From IMG/VR virus record IMGVR_UViG_3300031963_006119: a DNA stretch of 41,744 bases; one strand, written 5' to 3'. The position numbers and the translations under genes were made by a program. Of the stretch, positions 17,733 through 25,860 are shown one piece after another (position 1 is the first letter of the stretch; each line of letters opens with the position of its first letter). Source of the stretch: a virus (Duplodnaviria > Heunggongvirae > Uroviricota > Caudoviricetes). The notes under the pieces were generated by a model, which saw only the letters and a program-made list of their open reading frames with translations, ran no database searches and was not told the DNA's origin.

Positions 17733-18449
17733 TTATTCATCTCCGTAAAGTTGTAATACTTCCTTAACTGCCTCGTGACGTTCGATGTCTCCTTGTTCGA
17801 AACGGACTATGTCCAAATGTTTTAATTGTTTGGATTCAAGCTGTTCGATAAAACTTATCAAGCCGTTATCTTTTAAACGATCTGCTTGAGCTAAATCTCC
17901 TGTTACAGCCATCATTGAGCCTTCTCCTAATCTAGTTAAGAGCATTTTCATTTGATTTTGAGTTGCATTTTGCATTTCATCAGCTAGAATAAATGCATTT
18001 TTGAATGTCCTGCCTCGCATATAGGCTAGGGGTGCAATTTCAATGATGCCTTCTTCTATCATGCCTTCTATTTCCTTAGCATTAAAGTATTCGCGTAAGA
18101 CGTCAAATATAGGTCTTGTCCACGGTGCCATCTTTTGTTCTAGTGTGCCTGGTAAAAATCCTATATCCTCATCTACTGATACTGCTGGTCTTGTAACAAT
18201 AATTTTGTCAATTTCGCCTTCTTTAAACAATTTTACAGCCACCTGCACCGCAATAAGCGTTTTGCCGGTTCCTGCTGGACCCACTCCGAAGACTATATCT
18301 TTCTTTGGATCTAGTAATTTTAGCATGTAAGTTTCTTGGTGTTTATTGCGTGGAAGAATTTGCACTTGACGCTTGTGTTTATAATTGTTGATATCTACAA
18401 CGTTTTCAAAGTTTTGTTTTTTAGTACGAGACGCTCTTTTTGCACTCAT
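17733..18449 (-). CDS. phoH: PhoH-family ATPase
   Basis: Start at 18449 (SD AGGAGG); 'GPAGTGKT', 'TRPAV', 'GFLPG', 'PLAYMRGRTF', 'DEMQN', 'LTRLG', 'GDLAQAD', 'RH..V'. Confidence 0.93.
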   Translation of the reverse strand: MSAKRASRTKKQNFENVVDINNYKHKRQVQILPRNKHQETYMLKLLDPKKDIVFGVGPAGTGKTLIAVQVAVKLFKEGEIDKIIVTRPAVSVDEDIGFLPGTLEQKMAPWTRPIFDVLREYFNAKEIEGMIEEGIIEIAPLAYMRGRTFKNAFILADEMQNATQNQMKMLLTRLGEGSMMAVTGDLAQADRLKDNGLISFIEQLESKQLKHLDIVRFEQGDIERHEAVKEVLQLYGDE

Positions 18450-18514
18450 TAAGTCCTCCTTACGGATATTGAGTAACTGTGTACAGCGTTCCGGGCTGGA
18501 ACACCCTACAAAGA

Positions 18515-18520
18515 TATTTA
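18515..18520 (-). promoter_or_regulatory. Late-type promoter core for phoH (TAAATA on minus strand)
   Basis: TATTTA on the plus strand, about 65 nt upstream of the phoH start and divergent from 18568. Confidence 0.45.
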
Positions 18521-18567
18521 GCTCAGACCTCCAAAAGTAAAAACATAATGTTATCTTTTTGATGCGA

Positions 18568-18573
18568 TAAATA
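18568..18573 (+). promoter_or_regulatory. Late promoter core (CGA-TAAATA)
   Basis: Third CGATAAATA copy; heads the run leading into the lysis cassette. Confidence 0.6.
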
Positions 18574-18600
18574 AGTATAGTAGATTTATAGGACAGCACA

Positions 18601-19170
18601 ATGCACGACATTTATGACGTTATTAAAAACATCGAAGGAATATACGAAAACGACACTGCTTTTCAGGTGTTGAAAGACTTCGAACGAGTTCTAGACGAAC
18701 TAGATCTTTATGTATATGCTAATTGGGAAGATGCTGAACTTTTAAGCGGCCCTGTGATTGATCGCCATTGGGTTACATGCTCGTTTATGTGGCCACGCAA
18801 CAAGATGCCGGATCCAATGGGAGGCAAGCGTCTAGTAGACTATGATTGTAAGATAGGCTATAAAAAAGACTACGTCATTGTTCCTAGAAAAATTAAAGAC
18901 CCTGATGATATTCGACCAGGAACTAAAAAAGGAAAGCTGGATAGAAACCCAGTATGGATTGTTGAAATTCAAATGCCTAAGAAATTAATCGTTGATATCT
19001 ATACAGGATATAACGAAATGGAGAGTTTTGAAACTGAACCTGCTGTGGCTGCTAATTCTCCAGGATCAGAATCACAACCTGCTGATCAATCAATGGCTCC
19101 ACCAGTAGCTGCACCGGGCGGAGCAGTGGCTGCACCCAGCGGCAGCGAACCAACCGGAGGTGTAGCATAA
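18601..19170 (+). CDS. Hypothetical protein with Ala/Pro-rich C-terminal tail
   Basis: 189 aa; late promoter upstream; low-complexity tail APPVAAPGGAVAAP. Confidence 0.75.
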   Translation: MHDIYDVIKNIEGIYENDTAFQVLKDFERVLDELDLYVYANWEDAELLSGPVIDRHWVTCSFMWPRNKMPDPMGGKRLVDYDCKIGYKKDYVIVPRKIKDPDDIRPGTKKGKLDRNPVWIVEIQMPKKLIVDIYTGYNEMESFETEPAVAANSPGSESQPADQSMAPPVAAPGGAVAAPSGSEPTGGVA

Positions 19171-19883
19171 TGGGACTACGAATAGGTGACCTACGAGATA
19201 TGATCTACGAGATATTTGAAATTGATTCATTTGCCTCTAAAATGGGCGATGATCAAAACATTATCACACTAAGCTTCAGCGTAAAAACAAAAGAACCTGC
19301 AGACGATCTAGTGAGTTTTTTAGAAAAAGGGTACGATTTTATTCTTGATGCAGACACAACAGCAGGAGAACAAAGCGATGGTACTTTTAAAGTTTTTGTA
19401 GAGTTAGAAAGAAATTCTGAAGCACATGAACAGATCGCTGAAATAGTAGACGGTATCAAAAAACTTGCAGATAAAGATAAACTAAAATTTAGATATTATA
19501 AAGATTTTAGAAGCCACGAAGCCACGTTAGAAAATTTACAACAATTTGTACCCAGCGACCCTGACAACTATGGAATTGTAGCTAACGAAAGCAACATGAA
19601 TAATTTTAAAAATTTCTTTAGTAAAAGTTTTGTTGAATCTATAGATATGTTAGATGATATTCTTACTATTAAAAAAATGTATGCAGATCCATTGCATTTT
19701 AGATTTGTAGATATTGGTGAAAAACATCTTATACTAAATAACATTACTGAAAGTTTGAATTTTAACGACTTCGGAGAAGTGATATATCTCAGTAAATATA
19801 TAGGTAATTACAATATTACAAAATATGGTAAAAAACTTACACTAGAAAATAACGGCAGAACACTAGTTCTCGAACGTTTATAA
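19170..19883 (+). CDS. Hypothetical protein
   Basis: 237 aa; TAATG coupling. Confidence 0.75.
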   Translation: MGLRIGDLRDMIYEIFEIDSFASKMGDDQNIITLSFSVKTKEPADDLVSFLEKGYDFILDADTTAGEQSDGTFKVFVELERNSEAHEQIAEIVDGIKKLADKDKLKFRYYKDFRSHEATLENLQQFVPSDPDNYGIVANESNMNNFKNFFSKSFVESIDMLDDILTIKKMYADPLHFRFVDIGEKHLILNNITESLNFNDFGEVIYLSKYIGNYNITKYGKKLTLENNGRTLVLERL

Positions 19884-19897
19884 AATAAGGAACTACA

Positions 19898-20527
19898 ATG
19901 AGTTTTACATTTGAATTTAAAAAAGAATATTTGTCAGAAATAATTGGCAAGAACCCATATACAGATTACTGGTACAGTGCATTATGCGAAATCCTTCCAG
20001 TATACGAAATACATACTCCTGAGCGTGTGGCAGCATTTGTTGCACAGTGCGCTCACGAATCAGGTGGCTTTAAATTCCTTAAAGAAAATTTAAACTATAA
20101 AGCAGAAAGTTTGACAAAGACTTTTTCTAAGTATTTTAAAACTTTAGATGAAGCTAGGGCCTACGAGAAAAAGCCAGAAAAGATTGCCAATAAAGTATAT
20201 GCGAATCGTATGGGCAACGGAGACGAAGCTAGTGGTGACGGTTTCCGTTATCTAGGTCGAGGACTTATTCAGTTGACAGGTAAAAATAATTACACATTAT
20301 TTGCGGCTGCTATTGATACTCCATTAGAAGAAATTCCAGAGTACCTACAAACGTTTGAAGGTGCTGTACAATCAGCTTGCTGGTTCTGGGAGCAGAACAA
20401 TCTTAATCAATGGGCTGATAAGAAAGACATCCTTACACTAACTAAGCGTATCAACGGTGGTACTATTGGTTTAGAAGACCGCATCAAGCATTACAATCAC
20501 GCATTACACTTGTTTGTAGGACATTAA
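19898..20527 (+). CDS. Glycoside hydrolase family 19 endolysin
   Basis: 'AAFVAQCAHESGGF', 'YANRMGNG', 'GDGFRYLGRGLIQLTGKNNY', 'SACWFW', 'TKRINGG..GLEDR'. Confidence 0.92.
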   Translation: MSFTFEFKKEYLSEIIGKNPYTDYWYSALCEILPVYEIHTPERVAAFVAQCAHESGGFKFLKENLNYKAESLTKTFSKYFKTLDEARAYEKKPEKIANKVYANRMGNGDEASGDGFRYLGRGLIQLTGKNNYTLFAAAIDTPLEEIPEYLQTFEGAVQSACWFWEQNNLNQWADKKDILTLTKRINGGTIGLEDRIKHYNHALHLFVGH

Positions 20528-20528
20528 T

Positions 20529-20993
20529 ATGTGGATGCTATCCTTTGTGCCAGATAGTTTTTTACTTTGGGTAGTTAACACTATCCTTATCGCTGGCGCA
20601 ATTGGTACTTTCTTTACATTTTTTATACTACACAGAGTAGTTCGTTGGCTTCCAGCAATAGCTCCATATCATTTAATTTTACAAATAGTCAGTATTGTAT
20701 TATTGATTGTAGGTGTATATTTCAAAGGTGGTGTAGGTGTTGAAATGGAATGGCGCGAAAAACTTCGTGTTGCTGAAGAACGTGCTAGAATCGCTGAAGA
20801 ACAGGGAAAACAAGTAAACAAAGAAATTGTTACTGTTTACAAAGACCGTGTTAAAGTTGTAAAAGAAAATGTAGTTATCTATCAAGATAAGATTAAAGAA
20901 ATAGAAAAAATAATCAATCAAGAGTGTAAAGTAGCACCCGAAGCTATTGATATTCTTAACGAAGCAGCGAAACCACCAGGGAGCAAGAAATGA
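20529..20993 (+). CDS. Inner-membrane spanin (Rz-like)
   Basis: N-terminal hydrophobic helices, then a coiled coil and 'ECKVAPEAIDILNEAA'; directly precedes a lipoprotein. Confidence 0.7.
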   Translation: MWMLSFVPDSFLLWVVNTILIAGAIGTFFTFFILHRVVRWLPAIAPYHLILQIVSIVLLIVGVYFKGGVGVEMEWREKLRVAEERARIAEEQGKQVNKEIVTVYKDRVKVVKENVVIYQDKIKEIEKIINQECKVAPEAIDILNEAAKPPGSKK

Positions 20994-21256
20994 AAAAACT
21001 TCTAATGTTGCTTCCTGCGGTTTTATTAACAGGATGTTTGTCCATAACAAAGCCGCCAACATTTCCTGAACTACCGCAAGAAATTGCAGATCCTTGCCCA
21101 GAACTTAAACAAGCAGAAAAGTCGCCTGAATTAAGTAAACTTCTTGACAGTGTAGTTCAAAACTACGGAACTTATTACGAATGCCGTGTAAAAATTGAAG
21201 CTATGGTTGAATGGCACAAACGTCAAAAAGAAATTTACGACAAGGCAGTAAAATAA
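20990..21256 (+). CDS. Outer-membrane spanin lipoprotein (Rz1-like)
   Basis: Lipobox LLTG-C16, Pro-rich 'KPPTFPELP..PCPEL', 'YYECR'. Confidence 0.78.
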   Translation: MKKLLMLLPAVLLTGCLSITKPPTFPELPQEIADPCPELKQAEKSPELSKLLDSVVQNYGTYYECRVKIEAMVEWHKRQKEIYDKAVK

Positions 21257-21257
21257 A

Positions 21258-21596
21258 ATGTCAGGATCAACTGTACACGAAGATTGGATGAATAGAAAAT
21301 GGCGTCCTGCTATGGGCTGGACCTACATGTTTATTTGTATTCTAGACTTTGCTGTGTTTCCTATACTATGGTCAATTACGCAGGCAGCATATTCAGGCAC
21401 GGTATCTACACAATGGGATCCTATTACTCTTAAAGGCGCTGGCCTGTTCCACATGGCCATGGGTGCTATACTAGGCATTGCTGCTTGGAGTAGAGGACAA
21501 GAAAAAATAATGAATGCTACGACAGTACCAGCTCAGACTGTAGTAACACCAACAGGGCTACGTAAGCCTGTGCAACCAACTGAGCCAGAATTATAA
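21258..21596 (+). CDS. Holin (GTA-type 3TM holin-like)
   Basis: 'WRPAMGWTYMFICILDF..FP' and 'FHMAMGAILGIAAWSRGQEK'; two or three TM segments; sits in the lysis cassette. Confidence 0.7.
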   Translation: MSGSTVHEDWMNRKWRPAMGWTYMFICILDFAVFPILWSITQAAYSGTVSTQWDPITLKGAGLFHMAMGAILGIAAWSRGQEKIMNATTVPAQTVVTPTGLRKPVQPTEPEL

Positions 21597-21608
21597 AGGA
21601 GATTTTAC

Positions 21609-21731
21609 ATGTTAGATATATTATTATGGGTAGCAGTAGGTGCATTTGTAGGATGGAATTTTCCACAACCTTTCTGGGCAAAAGCCGTACAAGAAAAAGT
21701 TCAAGCCATGTTAGCTAAAAAGGAAAAATAA
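21609..21731 (+). CDS. Small single-TM membrane protein (40 aa) absent from the ORF track
   Basis: SD AGGAG; MLDILLWVAVGAFVGWNFPQPFWAKAVQEKVQAMLAKKEK. Confidence 0.7.
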   Translation: MLDILLWVAVGAFVGWNFPQPFWAKAVQEKVQAMLAKKEK

Positions 21732-21732
21732 A

Positions 21733-22044
21733 ATGAAATTATTAACAACAGCAATTTTTGCAGGTATGATGGTTATTGGTACAGCAGCCTGCGCCAAAGA
21801 AGAACCAAAAAAAGCAACACAAGCAACACCAGCAGCCACAGCAAACGCAACTGCTCCGGCTGCTCCAGCGGATACTAATAAAGAAGCTCCAAAAACTAAA
21901 CAAGTTTGCTTAGATGTACAAGGTAAAGACGGAAAACCTGTAATGGATCCTAAAACTAATAAACCAAAACAAACTTGTACTACAGTCAAAGTTCGTGAAA
22001 AGTTCGAAGGAACTAAGATCGAAGACGCTAAGAAGAGCAAGTAA
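21733..22044 (+). CDS. Exported protein with Ala/Pro/Thr linker and Cys-pair domain
   Basis: Signal peptide MKLLTTAIFAGMMVIGTAAC(A); two Cys in 'QVCLDV...QTCTTVKV'. Confidence 0.65.
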   Translation: MKLLTTAIFAGMMVIGTAACAKEEPKKATQATPAATANATAPAAPADTNKEAPKTKQVCLDVQGKDGKPVMDPKTNKPKQTCTTVKVREKFEGTKIEDAKKSK

Positions 22045-22433
22045 TGAGAATCTTAGCTGCCGCAGTTCTTGCTTTATCATTAACAGGCTGTGCTACTGTA
22101 CAGAATTGGATACCCAGCTTCTGGGATGATAATCAAAGCCGCGCAATCGTTGATGTACGTCAATCAGTAGCACAGTTAGATTGCAATATAGATCATGCTC
22201 CACAAGTAAAACGCATTAAAGATCATCTAGAATGGTTTGATCTTTATAGTGAAAGCAAGGGATCACGTCAACAGGATGTTCGTAAGTTGATCGGACCGAT
22301 GAAAGAAACTGTTGACGATTTTTATAAACGCAGTATTGACAAACAGGGCACCAAAGCCTACTGTGAAATTAAAAAGAAAATAATGATACTTCAGTCTGAA
22401 AAGTCTGCAAGTGCAGTATTAGGGAGATTCTAA
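22044..22433 (+). CDS. Lipoprotein
   Basis: Lipobox LSLTG-C16; helical mature domain with a Cys pair. Confidence 0.72.
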   Translation: MRILAAAVLALSLTGCATVQNWIPSFWDDNQSRAIVDVRQSVAQLDCNIDHAPQVKRIKDHLEWFDLYSESKGSRQQDVRKLIGPMKETVDDFYKRSIDKQGTKAYCEIKKKIMILQSEKSASAVLGRF

Positions 22434-22664
22434 ATGCAAGAACTAAGAGCACTAATTGGTTGTGGTCGTCCATGGGCAGAACAAAGAGCTCAAATGGCAT
22501 TGCAACTATCAGAAGCGTATTCCGCTGGACAAATTAGTCCTGATGAATATAAAGAATTACTACAAGACTTAGTCAGAACAGATATACTAGACAATGAAGC
22601 AGACGATATGGCTGTAAAAGCCATGCTGGTTACAGGTGTGTATGGTCTACTTCAAGTTGTTTAA
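22434..22664 (+). CDS. Hypothetical helical protein
   Basis: SD GGGAG; abuts the previous stop. Confidence 0.65.
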   Translation: MQELRALIGCGRPWAEQRAQMALQLSEAYSAGQISPDEYKELLQDLVRTDILDNEADDMAVKAMLVTGVYGLLQVV

Positions 22665-22676
22665 CAAAGGAAAATT

Positions 22677-23123
22677 ATGAAAAGTTTATTTGTATTTTTA
22701 TTAGCAACAGTATTATCTGTTCCGGCTTTTGCACAAGGCAAAATGCCTACTAAGTCAGCAACATATGATGCACAAATTATTAGAGTGAGTGATGGCGATA
22801 CTATTGTAATCGCCGCCCCCTTTCTACCAGCCCCGCTCAAACCTGAACTTGCTGTTAGAATCTACGGCGTTGACACCCCAGAAAAAGGACACAGAGCTCA
22901 ATGTCCACAAGAAGACCAGCGAGCGCAACTGGCGAGTAAATTTACAACTCAAGCCATACAATCCCACCCAAAGCACCAGGTTATTATCTATGGATGGGAT
23001 AAGTTTGGTGGCCGTATATTGGGAGACATCTTGGTAAATGGACAAAGTATTCGACAAGGATTAATTGCCAACGGTTTAGCTAGAGAGTATTACGGCGATG
23101 CTAAACAAAGTTGGTGTAACTAA
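22677..23123 (+). CDS. Exported thermonuclease (SNase family)
   Basis: Signal peptide ending PAFA; catalytic motifs 'VSDGDTI', 'RIYGVDTPE', 'DKFGGRIL', 'GLAREY'. Confidence 0.88.
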   Translation: MKSLFVFLLATVLSVPAFAQGKMPTKSATYDAQIIRVSDGDTIVIAAPFLPAPLKPELAVRIYGVDTPEKGHRAQCPQEDQRAQLASKFTTQAIQSHPKHQVIIYGWDKFGGRILGDILVNGQSIRQGLIANGLAREYYGDAKQSWCN

Positions 23124-23215
23124 CACACCTTAGGACCGGTATTAAGTTACCGAAAGTGTGCGCCGGCTGCTGGCGCGGAGAAAGCGATTCGCTACCGTAG
23201 ACTTCGAAAGTGAGC
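23124..23215 (+). ncRNA. Candidate structured intergenic RNA (multi-stem, possible pseudoknot)
   Basis: GC-rich non-coding island in an AT-rich genome. Stems: CACAC/GTGTG enclosing CGGTA/TACCG; GCGCCG/TGGCGC; GGAG/CTTC enclosing CG/CG; loop TTCGCT complementary to 3' AGTGAG. Confidence 0.55.
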
Positions 23216-23231
23216 TTTATAAAGATTAAAG

Positions 23232-23861
23232 TTGAAAAAGATAGCATTATTTTTGCATCAACCCATCTGTGCCGTGGACTCTGCTAACGGCATCATCAAA
23301 GCTCTTTCATCCCACTACAGTTTTAAATTATTTTCTAGAGACGAAGTTGAACCTACCTTCTTTGATGATGTAGACTGCGTATGTTTTCCCGGAGGCTACG
23401 GTGACAGCGATAGATATGATACTCTAATGAAATGGAACTGTGACGCTGTTAGAAACTTTGTAAAGAGTGGAGGCAAATTTCTTGGAATATGCATGGGAGC
23501 ATACTGGGCAGATCGAGACTACCTTAATGTCTTAGATGGTGTTAGAGCAGTACAGTACATCAAACAACCTAACACTGACACAAGACGCCCCCATCCTAAA
23601 GCTATGCCAGTGAATTGGTTAGGTGTTAACGAAAGGATGTATTTCTATGACGGCTGTGCATTTGTTGGTAATAATATGGATGTTGTGGCTACCTATAGCA
23701 ACGGTGATCCTATGGCTATTATACAAGGACGCATTGGTGTAATAGGATGCCATCCAGAAAGTGAACAGTGGTGGTACGACAAAAAATATCTACAGCCTCA
23801 CTGGCACGAGAATCGACATCACCAATTATTATTAAATTTTGTTAATAGACTATTAAGCTAA
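23232..23861 (+). CDS. Class I glutamine-amidotransferase-like protein (BPL_N-like)
   Basis: 'FPGG', nucleophile 'GICMGAY', 'HPE' catalytic His/Glu; TTG start uncertain. Confidence 0.75.
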   Translation: MKKIALFLHQPICAVDSANGIIKALSSHYSFKLFSRDEVEPTFFDDVDCVCFPGGYGDSDRYDTLMKWNCDAVRNFVKSGGKFLGICMGAYWADRDYLNVLDGVRAVQYIKQPNTDTRRPHPKAMPVNWLGVNERMYFYDGCAFVGNNMDVVATYSNGDPMAIIQGRIGVIGCHPESEQWWYDKKYLQPHWHENRHHQLLLNFVNRLLS

Positions 23862-24434
23862 AACAAGTTCGTAAATCTCTTTCCAATTTTTAACAATATT
23901 ATATTCACAAACGTGGTGCATGTTATGTCCATGCTCAATAAGAATACTTTTTAATCCCAACGCATGTCCAACATCTGCGTTTTGCGGCTTGTCTTCAATC
24001 CACCACATACCACTATCCTTGTACGGAGCCAATGCACTGTCTTTATCTGCGCCTGTGTCTAAGCAAATAACTGATTCAATAGCATTGCCAAAGATCTTGC
24101 GTAAATTCATTTCACGCAGTTTCTGTGCATTTTTATCTAGACTCAAACTTGTAATAACACGGAATTGATATCCGTGTTCTTCGTGCAGTCGTTTAACATA
24201 GAAAGCACTGTCACGAAGTGCAGGAAGAAAGCCAATGGCTGCAGATTCATTAAAAGTCTTAACAACTTTCTTAGCATCTTTTTCTTCTAATTCATTGTAG
24301 TGATGATGCAGATAATAGCTTTTCTTATTATCCGCTGTTAGTGTATAACCTCGTTCTTGCATCCAAACTGAGAATGCCCATTCCCAATCTAGTAGAACTC
24401 CGTCTGCGTCTGTGAGTATAAGTTTACGTTTCAT
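23853..24434 (-). CDS. HAD-superfamily 5'(3')-nucleotidase-like hydrolase
   Basis: Start at ATG 24434; motif I 'LTDADGVLLDW', motif II 'VITS', K in 'ADKDS', motif IV 'WIEDKPQN'. Confidence 0.82.
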   Translation of the reverse strand: MKRKLILTDADGVLLDWEWAFSVWMQERGYTLTADNKKSYYLHHHYNELEEKDAKKVVKTFNESAAIGFLPALRDSAFYVKRLHEEHGYQFRVITSLSLDKNAQKLREMNLRKIFGNAIESVICLDTGADKDSALAPYKDSGMWWIEDKPQNADVGHALGLKSILIEHGHNMHHVCEYNIVKNWKEIYELVLA

Positions 24435-24440
24435 AATGCT

Positions 24441-24469
24441 ATTATACAATATTCTTGCTCACCTGTCAA
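24441..24469 (-). promoter_or_regulatory. Perfect sigma70 promoter TTGACA-N17-TATAAT for the HAD gene
   Basis: Minus strand: TTGACA (24469-24464), 17 nt, TATAAT (24446-24441), then 6 nt to the ATG. Confidence 0.85.
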
Positions 24470-24479
24470 CAGGTAAATA
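24461..24479. promoter_or_regulatory. Palindrome ACCTGT-CA-ACAGGT over the -35 box, abutting a rightward TAAATA late core
   Basis: Perfect 6-bp arms (24461-24474); TAAATA at 24474-24479. Confidence 0.45.
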
Positions 24480-24516
24480 TACTATTACACAGACACAACA
24501 TCTTTTGGAGAATATT

Positions 24517-25221
24517 TTGGAAATTATCTTAGCAATCCTAATAATGACGCACATTACTATAGTGTGTGTTACGCTGTATTTGCATAGAAGTCAGGCACAT
24601 AGAGGAATTGAGTTTCATCCAATTCTAAGTCATTTTATGAGATTTTGGTTATGGATGACCACAGGAATGACTACTAAAGCATGGGTAGCAGTGCATCGCA
24701 AGCATCATCAATCAACTGATGTAGAAGGCGATCCACACAGTCCTCACATCTTTGGTATTAAACGATTACTACTAGGTGGATGGAGTTTATATCACGAAGC
24801 TACTAAAGATCCACAAATGGTTATTAAGTATGGTGCAGGTACTCCGAAAGATCGTATTGAAGTTTTCTATACTAGATATCACCGCCATGGCATTCTCTTA
24901 ATGTTAGTCATAGACTTGTTATTATTTGGGCTATGGGGTTTTCTAGTATGGGGCGTACAGATGATCTGGATTCCATTCTGGGCCGCAGGATTTATTAATG
25001 GCATTGGTCACTGGTGGGGATATCGTAACGGTGAAACCAAAGACCATAGTCGTAATGTTGGGCCTTGGGGCATACTAATTGGTGGTGAAGAACTACACAA
25101 TAATCATCACTTGGATCCTGCTAACCCTAAACTAAGTCGTCGTTGGTTTGAGTTTGATATTGGCTGGATGTGGTTTAAGTTATTTGAATTATTTGGATTA
25201 GCCAAGTTGAGAAACAGTTAA
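24517..25221 (+). CDS. Membrane fatty-acid (delta-9 acyl-CoA/DesC-like) desaturase
   Basis: TTG 24517 with SD GGAG; His boxes 'HRSQAH', 'HRKHH', 'HNNHH'; 'GDPHSP', 'GEELH', 'EFDIGW'; TM helices. Confidence 0.9.
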   Translation: MEIILAILIMTHITIVCVTLYLHRSQAHRGIEFHPILSHFMRFWLWMTTGMTTKAWVAVHRKHHQSTDVEGDPHSPHIFGIKRLLLGGWSLYHEATKDPQMVIKYGAGTPKDRIEVFYTRYHRHGILLMLVIDLLLFGLWGFLVWGVQMIWIPFWAAGFINGIGHWWGYRNGETKDHSRNVGPWGILIGGEELHNNHHLDPANPKLSRRWFEFDIGWMWFKLFELFGLAKLRNS

Positions 25222-25230
25222 TAACCTGAG

Positions 25231-25236
25231 TAAATA
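25231..25236 (+). promoter_or_regulatory. Late promoter core 4 nt before ATG
   Basis: AGTAAATACTAAATG. Confidence 0.5.
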
Positions 25237-25240
25237 CTAA

Positions 25241-25816
25241 ATGAAAATAACAGAATTAGTCGGCGTAAAGCAAGATTTGGCAACAGCATCCTATACAGAT
25301 GTTCTACAACAAAAAGGCTTTGCTGCTTTAGGCAGTGGTTCTTTCGCTACTGTGTGGGGGCACCCCGACTTTGATTATGTATTAAAAACATTCAAAGCCA
25401 GCGACACTTCTTATTTGGAATGGTTAGCTGCTTGTCGATCTAATCAACAGAATCTTTTCATTCCACAGTTTATTAGCCCAAAGCCTGTAAAAGTTGTTCC
25501 TGGCATACTTGCAATACGTATGGAAAAACTCACGCCTGCCTCAGCCGCGGTCAAACCTATTTTGGATAAGTTAGAGGATGTAATAAATGAAGTTACTATT
25601 GAAGCTGACCGGCCCACTAGTAGTGCTAGAACCATCTCAAGAATAATAAAAGAAAGTTATCCTGGACTAGCTGCCTATGCAGCGGCTAACAAAGGGTTGA
25701 TCCCGGCTATCTCCCTTATTGCCAATATCATCAATAATGGTAGTGGAGTAAATGATTTAAGCGTTAGTAATATTATGATGCGTGGCGAGCAAATGGTATT
25801 TACTGACCCAGTATAA
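25241..25816 (+). CDS. Protein-kinase-like fold protein
   Basis: Gly loop 'LGSGSFATV', 'YVLKT' Lys, hinge 'IRMEKL', catalytic loop 'NDLSVSN' (DxxxxN), 'FTDP'. Confidence 0.72.
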   Translation: MKITELVGVKQDLATASYTDVLQQKGFAALGSGSFATVWGHPDFDYVLKTFKASDTSYLEWLAACRSNQQNLFIPQFISPKPVKVVPGILAIRMEKLTPASAAVKPILDKLEDVINEVTIEADRPTSSARTISRIIKESYPGLAAYAAANKGLIPAISLIANIINNGSGVNDLSVSNIMMRGEQMVFTDPV

Positions 25817-25860
25817 TCCAAGCTACGCTCTTAATATAATTTATTGCGATATATAATAGT

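Noticed and set aside
23124-23215. tRNA, hammerhead or simple terminator as the identity of the structured island
   Set aside because: No cloverleaf with a T-loop GTTC, no CUGAnGA core, and no strong U tract directly after a hairpin; kept as an unknown RNA.
7807-24516. Longest-ORF starts from the track (7807, 18611, 24449, 24412; likewise 30026, 35609)
   Set aside because: They overlap neighbouring genes or promoters; downstream starts with an SD or promoter fit (7891, 18449, 24434, 24517, 30041, 35669) are better supported.
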